A stretch of DNA of 64,000 nucleotides from Rhizodiscina lignyota (taxonomy: Eukaryota), in contig ML978136.1 in NCBI GenBank assembly GCA_010015805.1, positions 124,001 through 188,000 of the forward strand, read 5' to 3'. The notes under the pieces are model-generated. The model was not told where the DNA came from, searched no databases, and saw only the letters and a program-made list of their open reading frames with translations. Each line of letters opens with the position of its first letter. The stretch's first letter is position 1. Shown piece by piece: positions 24,245-36,492 of this stretch. The translations under genes and the position numbers were made by a program.

Positions 24245-25871
24245 ATGTCCTCTGCCGACTTTGCTGCAGCACAAGCTCGTCTTGCTGCCCGCCGCCAGCA
24301 GCGGGAAGCCGAAGCACGAGCTCGCCATGCTGAACTGCACGCCTCCAGAGCGGCATCCACATCGAGACTGCCGTTCCCCTTTCGCAGCATAACCGACGCA
24401 GGACTATCAGCATGGGACACCATCAAAGGACGTGAAGGCACACGACCCGCCTTTCGGGTTGGTCAAGTCGACGCGGAGCTTCTTGACGAAGAGCTTCTGG
24501 AGCTGTTGAGGGGGCAAGTTGGCGAGGCGCTGAAGTACTACGGTGGCCACTTGAGCACCGATTACACTGCGGAGATAATGCTTGCCCTGAGGGCCATCCT
24601 ATTCAAGCTTACGTTGTGGGATCACGACGCAAGTTACGGAGCCGCGCTTCAAGGACTGCGCTACACCGACGCGAGAGACAGGAGTGCAGCGAGACCTCCG
24701 CCCAAGAAATGGCAGAAGGCAGTGTATGGCCTTGTCACAGTGCTTGGGAGGTATGGCTGGGAGAAATGGGAGCAGCATCTGGTGGACGTAGAAGGCGGGT
24801 TCGACGAGGTTCGTTTTTCTTCATATGCAGTTCACGACTATTCTATGTGCTCCTGATTAACTTGAGACCTAGCCAACTCCCCTCATGCGCCGCCTTTCCC
24901 GAATAACCACAACACTCGATGCCACGCATTCGATAGCCGCAATGCTTTCATTCCTTACATTCCTATATAACGGCACACATCGCACGATCCTCGATCGTGT
25001 CCTTCGCCTACGCCTTGTCCCTAAATCCTCTCACACTAGCCGCGAAGTCTCTTTTGAATACCTGAACCGACAACTCGTCTGGCATGCTTTCACTGAGTTC
25101 CTACTCTTCCTACTCCCTCTCGTCGGTATATCTCGCTGGCGGCGCATCGTGTCCCGTGCCTGGCGACGGATACGGAATTGGATTACGCTAGGTGGGAAGG
25201 GTGACGATGAGGATAAATCAGCAGGAGGGGAGCTTGGGTTTCTACCTGAGCGGACATGCGCGATTTGTTACGCGGATCAGAATCCTACGGCTGGTTCGGG
25301 CGAGGCGGAGGTCATGGCTGCGAGCACTGGCGGAGGCGGTGTCGTGGGGAGCGCACAGACAGATATCACAAATCCGTATGAAGCAATGCCTTGTGGGGAT
25401 TTGTATTGCTTTGTGTGCATTGCGCAGAAAATCGAAGCTGAAGAGGGGGAAGGGTGGACGTGTCTAAGATGTGGAGACACTGTGAAGGAGTGCAAGCCCT
25501 GGCTTGGTGATATAGTTGAGGAGACGCCAAGTAGTCGGCCAACGTCGAGCAAGAGTGTAGGATTTGCCGATGATGGGGATGAGAGCGGCAGGGGAAGGCA
25601 GCGGGAGGTCATCACAAGCGACGATACTGAGATAATGCAGGACGTGGATCCAAGGCCAATTGAAGAAGACGCAGAAGAAGATACTGAAAGAGTCTTTACA
25701 AACTCGAGCATGCTTGATGATTCGGGACAATGGGCAAGGGAGAGCACCATGGTCAATGGCGAGTCCCGGACACCGACCGACCAAGAACGTAGTGTAAACA
25801 GCGAAGAAGAAGAGGACGACGAGCAGAGCGAGGAATACGATGAGGAGGAAGATTTTGAGGGCGCAGAATGA
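24245..25871 (+). CDS. PEX2: Peroxin Pex2, RING-finger peroxisomal biogenesis factor
   Basis: FRVGQVDAELLDEEL, SYGAALQGLRY, REVSFEYLNRQLVWHAFTEFLLFLLP, split RING CAIC...CGDLYCFVC...CLRC; intron 24809-24872. Confidence 0.95.
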
Positions 25872-25933
25872 ACGGTAGTTTTGGAGGCCTCTACATCTGA
25901 TAGTGCGCTTGCGTGCTGCTTCTCTGAAAGATA

Positions 25934-27673
25934 TCATGCTGCGCCTTTGGCAGGCTTCCATTCGAAATGATGACGCCCTTCCGTCGGTCCACCTGTGTCT
26001 GGCTCATCCTTCTTGTCGAACATGTGCTTGCCGAAGAGATCCAGCTCCGCTTCGTAAAACTGCGTTGGCAGATCTGCAAGCCAGTCAGCAATCGTCAGGC
26101 AATCTTCGAACAATGGACAAGCTTACTGGTGTTGGTCTCATACTTGATATATTCCAGACTTGCACTCAAACTCGGCACAATATGATCGGCTTCCGTGGCG
26201 GCCAAGATGACTCGCTTCAGCTCATCAAAGCCAGATCGTAGTTCCTTCATAACGCGCGGTTCGAACAGCAAATTCATCGATTTCCGCTGTCGAAAGTTCA
26301 CAAACTCAGGGCGGAGCAGTGATGAGATATGGTCCGCCTGAATGATGCAGCCAGCCCGCCATATCTGCAACACGGCGGAATAGTCTATGTTCCATCCGTT
26401 CTCCTTGTCCGCCTGCTCGATGATGTTGATGCCTTGAATATACGACACAAGACATGCAAGATATGTCGCAGTGCGCAGATAGTTGATGAAACCTGCATGG
26501 TCGTTCACCCCGAATCTCTGCGGCTCGAAGCCTCCTCCGATCGTCTCTTGTGCTAGGATGCGCGTGTCACGATAGGCAGAGGCCAAACGGAGATAGTGCG
26601 CGGTTGTTAGAGTGGGCGCTGGTACGTGGAGTGAGACGCCCTCCGCATTTGACCATATACCTGTTCCCTCCTCGCCCGTGACATCCTGGACAACCTTGTC
26701 TTCGACCTCTGAAAGGACCTTCTTTCCAGCGTCGTTGCGTGTTCGGCATATACGGGCTCCAATAGCCACGAGGAATGTTCCGGCCTTGTAACTATTAGTT
26801 CATGCATGTGTATAAAATGCAATATACTCAATTCATCATATGAAAGCTTACCAATGGACCATCTTTATTCCAATCATCGAATACTTGTCCAATCTCCTCA
26901 AAGCTCATCCCCAATCCCTTCTCCATGATGCCCCATGCCTCACTAATGGCACACATCATTCCATGCTCGACACCGTTATGCACCATCTTGACATAGTGCC
27001 CACTTCCACCTGTTCCAACCTTTCCTACGCAACTCCTTCCCTTGTCGTCCTTCGCGGCTACCTTCTCCAGAAAGGGCATCACACAATCCAGCGACTCATC
27101 ATCTCCACCAGGACATATACTCGGGCCCAGTCGAGCAGCTTGGTACCCACCCGACACTCCAGCGCCAACATAACGAATGCCGCGTGTAACGGATTTGCCT
27201 TGCCGTCGCTCCGTGTTCTCCCAGTGCTCGTTGCCACAATCGATTATGATGTCCCCTTTGTTCAGGTATGGTGTGAGGCCGGAGAGGACAGTGTCGCCCA
27301 CAGAGCCATGTGGGAGAGAGAAGATCAGGACTTTGGGAGAAGAGAGGGAGGCACAGAGGGAGTCGTAGTCTGTGAATGCACCGCTCTGTTAGCATTAAAT
27401 GAACTACAGGTGAAACAAGTCGGAATTGATACCGTTGTATTGCTTCACGCGCTCGCCGAAGCCTTGCTTCTTCGCGGCGGAGACGATGTTGTCCATGGTC
27501 TTTTCGTCTGGATCTTGCAGGGAGACATCGATGCCTTTCTCGGCAAAGAGGAGAGCCATGTTGCCCCCCATGCTACCGCAGCCTATCACTGCTACCTGTT
27601 GTGGGTTAGGATTAGTTCGCAAAGGCACGCTATACTTGGAGCATACCTTCTGAATATCAAGACTTGGAGACAT
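25934..27673 (-). CDS. 6-phosphogluconate dehydrogenase family protein, divergent paralog
   Basis: GCGSMG Rossmann motif, IIIDCGN, VSGG, GHYVKMVHNGVEHG, IWRAGCII; introns 27596-27646, 27370-27432, 26785-26851, 26074-26126; TGA at 25934-25936. Confidence 0.9.
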
Positions 27674-28295
27674 TTTGTTTGCTTCTCACCGTGCAGCTAG
27701 GTAGTGTTTAAATGGACACGAGAATAGAATGACACGGAGGTAATTGAATGTGAACATGGCAGGGTAGTAAATAGCCATCTCGAATGGTAACATGTGCGAA
27801 ATGTATAGAAATCCCGACGTTTCTCTGACGTCGATGTTAAGTAGTAGATGCAGGGAAGTGCGCTCTACTCTTGAGCCTACTTGGCTTACCTGTACAAGCC
27901 TCCAAAGGTATGTCAGATCTAAATAATATTTAACAAAGGGATTCAATCGTTTTCAGGCCCATTAGATTGCTTTGCAGAGCACATTAGAGGTATGGAGGTT
28001 CTGCGACTGCTGGAAAAGGGCGGATGACGATATGACGCTAAACCAAAAATAGACATACATAAAGACGCGAAAATAAAATCCTCAGGCACATCTTCCGGTC
28101 AAAGCGGTGACACGGTGATGCCTTGCATCTGCATTCAAGACTTCCTTCACGTACCTACTGACCCACGCGATTCTACTTATTCTGAGGCTCAATGAGTCCT
28201 TCCAGAGCTTCAGAAGTGCTCGGATTCATCGTCTTCCCTTGGTGGAAGGAGCCACCGCTCGTTATTTGCTGAAGGATATTTTGATACATCCAGAA

Positions 28296-31200
28296 ATGTC
28301 CGTCATGTACAGCAATCAGCAGACACTACTTGGCACGGCACGAGGGAGTGAGCTCAGTGAAATTCTTCACTGTAATCCGATATGGGTACGATGTGACTCC
28401 GCAGTCACTTCGACACTGTTGCTGACCTCTGCTAAAGGACCCCACCAAAGCTCGGTTCAATTCTTGCTTTCTTCCTATCATTGAGGCTATACCAGCTTTG
28501 CTGGCGCTATGTATTCTTCTACTATATGTGTTAAAGCCGCTGTGGAAATATCGACCTCGATGGATGAAGCCTTTCGTTGAAGAAGAACCAGTCAAATCTG
28601 CTGATGACGGGGTCTCCGAAACAAAGCGACCTCGATACCTGTGGGCCTTACTCCTCTTCTGTATCTCCATCACTGGACTCGTCTTTCAAATCCTGGAGAT
28701 TTTCTTCCCGGATCGCCGAGAGTCTGCTGCAATTACTTCTTTTGCATGGGTGAGATCTGATTGTGATTCAGGGACATGGAATGAAGACTCACATTTGACA
28801 GATCGTGTGTATTCTCCTCATTGCTTTGAACAGGTACCGGACTGCACCGATAGCCATTCTTGTTTTACAAGTCGTCATTTTCGTCTCGCAATGCATTGTA
28901 TCGGCGCATAAATACCCCGTGCCATCCTTCAAGGATTGGCCGTCGAATTTGGTTCTGCTAGTCTCGCTTGTCGAAATCGTAGTGATTCTGCTTATGCCTC
29001 TTCGCGATCCGAAGCTTTCGACCGATGGCATTAGTCCTCCATTTAGTACACCTACGTCGGAACTCCGGAGCCCAGAGGAAAAGCTCACGCCATGGCAATA
29101 CATGACAGTCTCTTGGATGGCTCCACTAATCTCGATTGGCTCAAAGAGACAAGTTCAAGAACAAGACGTTTGGAATCTTGCGTACGAATTCCAGCACCGC
29201 TTACTGCACGAGACCTTTTCCGCTCTGAAAGGCTCAGTATTAAAGCGGCTGTTAGTCGCAAACGGCTTGGATCTAGCTATCACTACTACCCTTAGCATCC
29301 TCGAACTATGCGCGGACCTCGCGATACCTGTGTTTCTGCAGAAACTCTTGCGCTCTATGGAGGATGCGAACTCTCCCAGAAGCGCTGCAGTCACATACGC
29401 AGTGATATCGTTAGCCATCCGGCTTGTAGGAGCCCAGTCGGGCGTTTTCAACCTTTGGTACTGTCGTCGGGCGTACGAGAGGTCTCGTGGCGAAATGATC
29501 ATGATGTTGTACGAAAAGACTTTGAGAAGGCAAGTTACGAGCGGCGGCGAGCAACCCCCAAAGGCAGAAGAAGATATCGATGCTCCCCTTGAGTCTGTGG
29601 AAGAAGAGGATACGTCAATTTGGGCCAAGATTCGCAGGTGCCTCGGTGCTTGCGTTTGCTGTTCCTCTCCGCGGAAAGCGAAAAGGGAGCAGCAAAAGCA
29701 AAGCAGCGGCATAGGCAAAATACTCAATCTTCTCCGAGGCGATGCATACGAGGTCGCGCAACGTTTCTGGGAATTTCCGACCATTATCACCAAACCTCTC
29801 GGTGTCATTCTGTCTGTCGTGCTGATCTGGAAGCTCATTGGTTGGCCATGCTTGATTGGTGTCCTAACGGTATTCTTCGCTCAAGGTATCAATGTCTTCC
29901 TTGCTCGTGCTTTGATCCGACAGGAGACTAAGCGAAGGTCTGCCACGGATGTCAAATTGCAAAAGACTTCTCAGTTTGTTGAAGCTATTCGTCATCTGCG
30001 TTGGTACGGCTGGCAAGATGCATGGTTCTCGGACATTATGGATTCGAGAGAAAAGGAGCTGCATCTTCGTATCATCACGAACATACTAAACATCACGATC
30101 AACTTCGTAAACACTATCTCAAGCAACCTTTTCCCAGTCGTGGCTTTCTTCGCATACACCAAGTTGGCGGGTCTGCCTTTACGCATCGACATTGCATTTC
30201 CGGCTATTGACCTTTTTAAGATGCTGGATGAGAACCTGCGCGACATTCCGAATCTAATTACCGTACTTATCAACGCTTCGGTTGCTATGCAACGTATTGA
30301 GGACTTCATGAACGAACCTGACAAGGAGAGCACTGAAGCGTCGCCTACACCAGCGGCAGATCTCTCACTGAAGGACGCCACATTCGCGTGGCCGGGCGGA
30401 GCAGAGGTATTGCATGACATTACGCTTACATTGACTCCTGGATTGACGGTCGTCTACGGCGAAGTGGCCGCCGGCAAAACAGCCCTGCTCCAAGCTCTCC
30501 TCGGTGAACTTGAAAAGAAAGACGGAGAGTATGTGCGGCCAGACGAGATGTTCGGATACTGTGCGCAGAACCCATGGTTGCAGAGCATGAGCATCCGAGA
30601 GAACATACTCTTCTCCGCACCTTACGAAGAGACACGTTACAAGCAGGTCCTCGAGGCTTGTGCTCTACTCAGCGATATGGTTGAGTTTAAGAATGGTGAT
30701 TTGTCCTTTATCGGCGAGAACGGCGTCGGTCTCTCAGGAGGACAGAAAGCTCGGGTGGCTTTGGCGCGTGCCGTGTACAGTCGAGCACGGTTCTTGCTAC
30801 TGGATGATCCGCTCTCGGCGCTTGATCATCAAACTGCCGAGTTCATAATGAAACGGTGCATTGGTAGTTCGTTGATGGAAGGTCGGACGATAGTCCTGAT
30901 CACTCACCGAACAGACATTTGCCACGGTCTTGCCCAACAATGGGTGAAGATCTCAGATGGGAGAGCCACGCTTGTTGAGCCATCGGCCAATTACGAAGAA
31001 TCAACACTCAAAAGAACCAAATCTGTGGAATCCACTACCGAAGAGGACACGAAGAGGCTTGAAGAGGACAAACTCGCAGCAGTTCCAGATAAGTTTATCG
31101 AGGACGAACATAGAGCGCACGGAGGAGTCATGGCCTCAGTTTACTGGGCGTACATCAAAGCTGGAAAGCTCAAGTTCTGGATAATCCTGGTCTGTATCAT

Positions 31201-32908
31201 CATTGTCTTTCGGCTTACGGATACATTGGAGGTATACTTCATTAAACAATGGGGCGAGGCATACGACAAGGTCCACACTTCGGATCTCTTTGACGACCTT
31301 CCACCTCCCTCTTCCAACATTGATCCATGGCTATGGTGGTTCCTGGGCATTGCTGTTACTGTTTCAATTGTGGATATCTCCGTTTCGATGTTCATGGTAC
31401 TTATCAACTACACTGCCGGGAAGGGGATGTTCAAGCAAGCAATGCAACGTGTGAGCCACGCGACATTTCGATTCTACGACATCACACCTGTGGGTAGACT
31501 CATGAATCGCGTAACGTCGGACATGAACACGATCGACGGGAGCATCAACCGGTATTTCCGCATAATGGTCCATTTGGTCATCGCCTGGACCACCTCCGTC
31601 ATCATCATTGCTTCCATCACCCCGGTTTTCCTAGCTTTCGCGATAGTACTTACAGCCTCCTTTGTCGCAATATTCTTCCGCTATCTACCAACCTCACAGA
31701 GTCTAAGACGTCTTGAGATGGTCTCTCTGACCCCATTAATGAGCAATTTCGGTGCGCTCGTAGAAGGGTTAACGACTGTGCGGGCATTCTGTGTCCAAGA
31801 CCGTTTCCAAGCTCGAGTCATAGAAGTTGTCAGTAAGTCAAAACATCGCGCATAACCATCTTTGTAAATTGCAATACTGATTCGGTCCTGTACTCCAGAT
31901 GCTTTCCAAAAGATGGATCACTTCTACTGGAGCCTCCAAGCCTGGCTCATGTACCGTTTCGATGCCTTTTCTGCCTTCTCAACTCTCCTTATCACTCTAC
32001 TCGCCCTCTGGACGAATGTTTCGCCCGGTCTGACCGCTTTCGCCCTCATTGCAGCAGAAAAATATGTCCGAACCACTCATGCAATGTGCCGCTTCTACGG
32101 CCAGCTGCAGATGGACTTTGTTAGCGTAGAGCGTGTTGTTGAGCTCCTCCAACTCGACCAGGAACCCGACGGCGATGTCAAACCACCGGCTTGGTGGCCC
32201 TCTTTGCGCGGTGGTATTGTCTTTGAGAACGTAACATTGCGCTACGCGCCGCACCTTGATCCTTCGCTTTCCGATATCTCGCTCAATATACCTGCGGGAT
32301 CTAATACCGCGATCATTGGACGCACGGGCTCCGGCAAGAGCACACTTGCACTGTCACTACTCGCAACACTCGTGCCCGAGAGCGGAAGGATACTGATTGA
32401 TCAAGAGGATATATCGACCGTGGATCGGCAAGTGTTACGAAGACGTGTTACGTTCCTTGCACAGGAGCCCATGCTATTCCCCGGAAGTATGCGCAAGAAT
32501 CTTGACCCACTAAACGAATTCACGGATGATGAGTGTGAAGCCGTGCTGGACAAAATAGCAGCGCGACACGGCTGGCGGCTTGACACTATGATTGATGCAG
32601 GGGGCAAGGGGCTCAGTCAAGGACAGAAACAGCTTGTGGGCTTGGCAAGGGCGATGCTGAGGAGGAGCGCTGTGGTTATCCTTGACGAGGCGACGGCGAG
32701 TATCGATTACCAAACTGCGATGGACATTCAACGCATCTTGAGAGATGAGATGAAAGAGAGTACGGTGATTACGATTGCGCATCGTCTAGAAGCTGTTAGA
32801 AATGCTGATTATTGCATCGTGCTGTCGAAGGGAAAACTGGAGGCGGCGGGGCCGGCGAAGGAGATGCTGAAAGGAAACGAGAATGGATTTGGTGGATTGT
32901 TGGGATGA
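28296..32908 (+). CDS. ABCC (MRP/Ybt1-like) full-size ABC transporter
   Basis: Two TMD-NBD halves: GEVAAGKT, LSGGQKARVALARA, LLLDDPLSALD; GRTGSGKST, LSQGQKQL, ILDEATASID, IAHRL; introns 28386-28437, 28750-28801, 31833-31898. Confidence 0.93.
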
Positions 32909-33115
32909 GATGAAGAATTCCAAAGACGACTTTCTGTTCAAAGTCCACTTATAATCATCTGATGTGAAGCATAGCTGCAGTATCTTGAGCGCCAGTTCTT
33001 CCGTCTCCGAGTTCTCATTCTCTCACATCTCTTCGGCTTACTTTTTAAGGTCTGAGGATATTTGTGTATGTCTTCATTTCGAAGCTTGGAATACACATCA
33101 CAACTTGTTTATGCC

Positions 33116-35441
33116 TTACGCTGGCCCATGTTTCCAACCATTCCCACTATACCCACCCCAATGATGATGATTTCCATCACCTTCTCCTTCTCCATTCACC
33201 TGACTCAAGCCTAAACATTCTGCCATCCCAAAGAAGATATCAATCGCACTATACACACCGCCAAATAGTTCTTGGCATGGACCCATCGCAAATACCGGCA
33301 CATCCGTTAAGCTGTGCACGCCCTCTGCATTGTTGACCGGCAGCGTACCATTCACTATGATGCCGCCCTTGCCATCTTTAGGATTGACAATATAATCATC
33401 CTCGGCGGGCGTGGCGTTGACAGCAGGCTCGCGCGGCCCGTCCTTGCGGACTCGCCAGTCCTCGCGACGATCTGGGTTCGCGATGACGCCCTGGTAGAGG
33501 GTGTATCGCGGGCCCCAGTTGTGTGGAAAGTATGTACCGTCGGAGTATGACAAGTTCCCTGTCAGAACGTATTGGCTCATGCCGGAGTTCTGATATGTTC
33601 CAATGGCATCGCGCTTCTCGCGTTGATCATCTTGAGCTCGAAGGTACTTCGTGTCTACTGAACCGGCGACGTCGAAGCCATGACCGTGATCAGCGGTAAC
33701 AAGGATGAGAGTCTCTTTGAGCGAATCGAGAGACTCGAGTTTGGCGATGGTGGCTTTAATGGTGTCGTCAAGTTCGAGGAGCTCGCCGAGAGCACGGTCA
33801 TAGTCGAGCGCGTGCATCATCTTGTCAATGGAGGCAGCCTCGGACATGATGAGCCAGCCCTTGTCTTCACTACGGGCGTTCAAAATGTCGATAGCTTTGA
33901 GGGTCATCTCCTTGAGTCCCGGTTGGTCGATAGCATCTCCGCCGGAGCCAGTCGGATCATTTTCCAGGCCCTGAAGGTTATCCGGGTAGACCTGTAATCA
34001 TATCTTCAGCTTATTCCCTACAAATTGCTTTATAATCAATCTTACGTTACGGTCGAGCCATTTGGCCATGTTCGAAATAGAGAAGATGCCCAGTGCCTTC
34101 TCGTCGTTGCTTGCACCCTGGAGCTGAGTATTGTTATACACGAGCTGATAACCAGCATTCGAAAACTCCGCGTAATAGTCCCTGATAGTATTAGTGAGGG
34201 AGCAGGTAATGTGACTGAACCCTGCTACTTACTTGTCCATATATGAAACACCACCCAAGCTCGAATTGAAGAAATTCTCGGCTCCACCTCCAAATAGGAC
34301 GTCAGGACCGGTCCAGTTTGTCCACGTATAATTTGTGATGCCGTGAAGGTATGAGTCAATGACAGCACCGTATTGCCCACGATCTCTGGTGTGAGCTGTC
34401 AAAGCGGCCGGGGTTGCATCAGCAATGTATGCCGTTGAAACAATACCGACATGTCCTCCCGTCACTCTGTGAAAAATCTCTGCAATGGTCTCAACCTTTG
34501 GGTCGTCAAACTTGTTCGGGCTTGAATCAGCGTAGACTCCGAGCGCGTTGACTGTCGATTTATGGCCCGTGTACAGTGCTGTCGCAGAATTGGCAGAATC
34601 AGTAATGAATGTATCAATTGAGTGAGTCATTTGATGGCCCAGAATTGGAAACTTGTCCATTTGCATGAGACTTTGGTACTTTCCATTGATCGATTTATGA
34701 GCGATGAGACGAGCAGCCTTGAATGATTAGCATGTCATCACAATAGGCCTTGGAGTTTATCGGAGATGGGGTTAATACTGTAATCATGTTCGTAGTCATA
34801 CCGTCGCCAATGAACAGGATGACATTCTTGGCTTTTCGCACTTGTGCAATGTCTCTAACAGTCCAGGTTGACTCAGTCGTGCTGCCATTGTAATAGCTCA
34901 AGGAAGCCGTATATTCGCCAGGCTCGTTAATATGCAACCTGCGGTAGGCTTTTGAGGCTACTTGCACAAGAGACGGAGTGTCGGCATCCCGGGCAAACAA
35001 GTCCTCGAACCAGGTGAAATTCCATGTCTCAATCTCCGGAGATTTGATACTAAAGAAGTCCTCCGCGGATTGGGGAGATGCACCAGATTTGGCCAGCGTG
35101 AAGGTGAAGTCTTCGTCAGGTGCGCGGTCAATAGCCTCCGATCCATTCCGAGGGGCATGGACTTCAAGGCGGATACCAAAGTATTGTCCAGCGAGGAAGT
35201 CGGCCCTTACGAAGTTAAAATTCTGTAATTGTTATACCATGCTTCTGTCTCTTACTGATCAGGAGGGAATATGCATCCTAAGGACTGATCAGCTTTCCAA
35301 TAGGAATAAGTCACCTAGCAGAACCATCAGCTTACCTAGCGAGGGACATGTGCCCAATCGTTGGTACGTTTGCGACTGGCCCAGTCCAGCCAGAGCCGTA
35401 AATGTGGCCACAAACAGTGATGTCTGCCCAAAGTATATCAT
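33116..35441 (-). CDS. Secreted alkaline phosphatase with N-terminal extension (multi-exon)
   Basis: Signal peptide MIYFGQTSLFVATFTALAGLGQS; motifs NVILFIGDGM, ITDSANSATA (catalytic Ser), EAASIDKMMH, VTADHGH, GVHSLTDV across intron-separated ORFs. Confidence 0.92.
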
Positions 35442-35890
35442 AATGGCTGTAGATCCTAATATGTCGCTAGAGCGATATGTGCACAGCTTCTGCGTCCTTC
35501 CAAAATCTGGAGAGCTTCTAGCTTTAATAGCCCCCGTACGACTAGTTCCTGGATCGGACATGTGTGCAGCCTCGAGCTGTACGCGTTCACTTCCATCGGT
35601 ACGACGCAAGAGGCGCGAGGGCCAGCTCTTGTTCGTGTTCGCCATGACGCTATTGCACACACTCTGTGCTCATATCCAACTACACAGATTGAGACATCGA
35701 CAACGTGCTTCTGCATTGTGTCATGGATTGCTGAAGAAGCATCGCCCATCTCCTCTCTCGGCCATATCAAGGCTCGTTAGACGGAATGCCAAGCAAATTC
35801 GATTTTGAGCAGACGGCGGAGCAGTATATCGAGTCGTACGGCGTCACGGATTTCTCATATTGCGCAAGGAGACATCCGAACAGCAGCCGT

Positions 35891-35896
35891 CACGTG
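35891..35896. promoter_or_regulatory. CACGTG E-box (Pho4/NUC-1-type phosphate-response site)
   Basis: Exact palindrome ~450 bp upstream of the alkaline phosphatase ATG. Confidence 0.45.
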
Positions 35897-36492
35897 CGGC
35901 ACATTTGAGAGCTCATTCGCTCAGCGGAGACAATCATGGGCGGGATATATTTCCCACCGTTGACTTGGCGATTGCTTGGTATGCTGTATCTGCTTGGCTG
36001 TCAGTGGGATCAAGAAGGAGGGAAGAAGCAACGGAACCAAGATCAGGAGTGCCATGTTAGCACGCTACCCTCGGCCGCTCCATTACACATATACCTCACA
36101 AATGCCAACCGCAGAAAAACCATATACGACTCGCAATGTTGATTTCCTCCATCAATCGATGCCGAAATATGAAGTTTTGAAATGGAACGGGCCGAGATCG
36201 AGCGGACGCGCTTCCCGTCATTGCGTCAGACCCGAAAAGGGCGGGGCCCAACTTTCAGACTACAATTGATAGCAAATGACCTTGGTGAGGTGCAGTTTGT
36301 TTGTCAATTGCTAGATGAGGATGAGCAGTATGAGTTTAATCACTCCAGTTCGAGGACTGCGGCCTATTTAAGCTCTCCTGTCATCATCCCAGTATCGCTT
36401 ACGATAGGCCACTCTACTTCCATTTACCGAAAAGAGCAGGTCACCATCAAGGTACGATTTGAGCACACGACACTGCCTCAACTCATATTACG

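Noticed and set aside
26840..27700. 286-aa plus-strand ORF
   Set aside because: Antisense shadow of the 6PGD-like gene
30455..30485. ABC NBD1 Walker A GEVAAGKT and Walker B LDD
   Set aside because: NBD asymmetry and degeneracy are normal for ABCC transporters
34978..35808. 276-aa plus-strand ORF
   Set aside because: Antisense to alkaline phosphatase exons and promoter; no protein-like features
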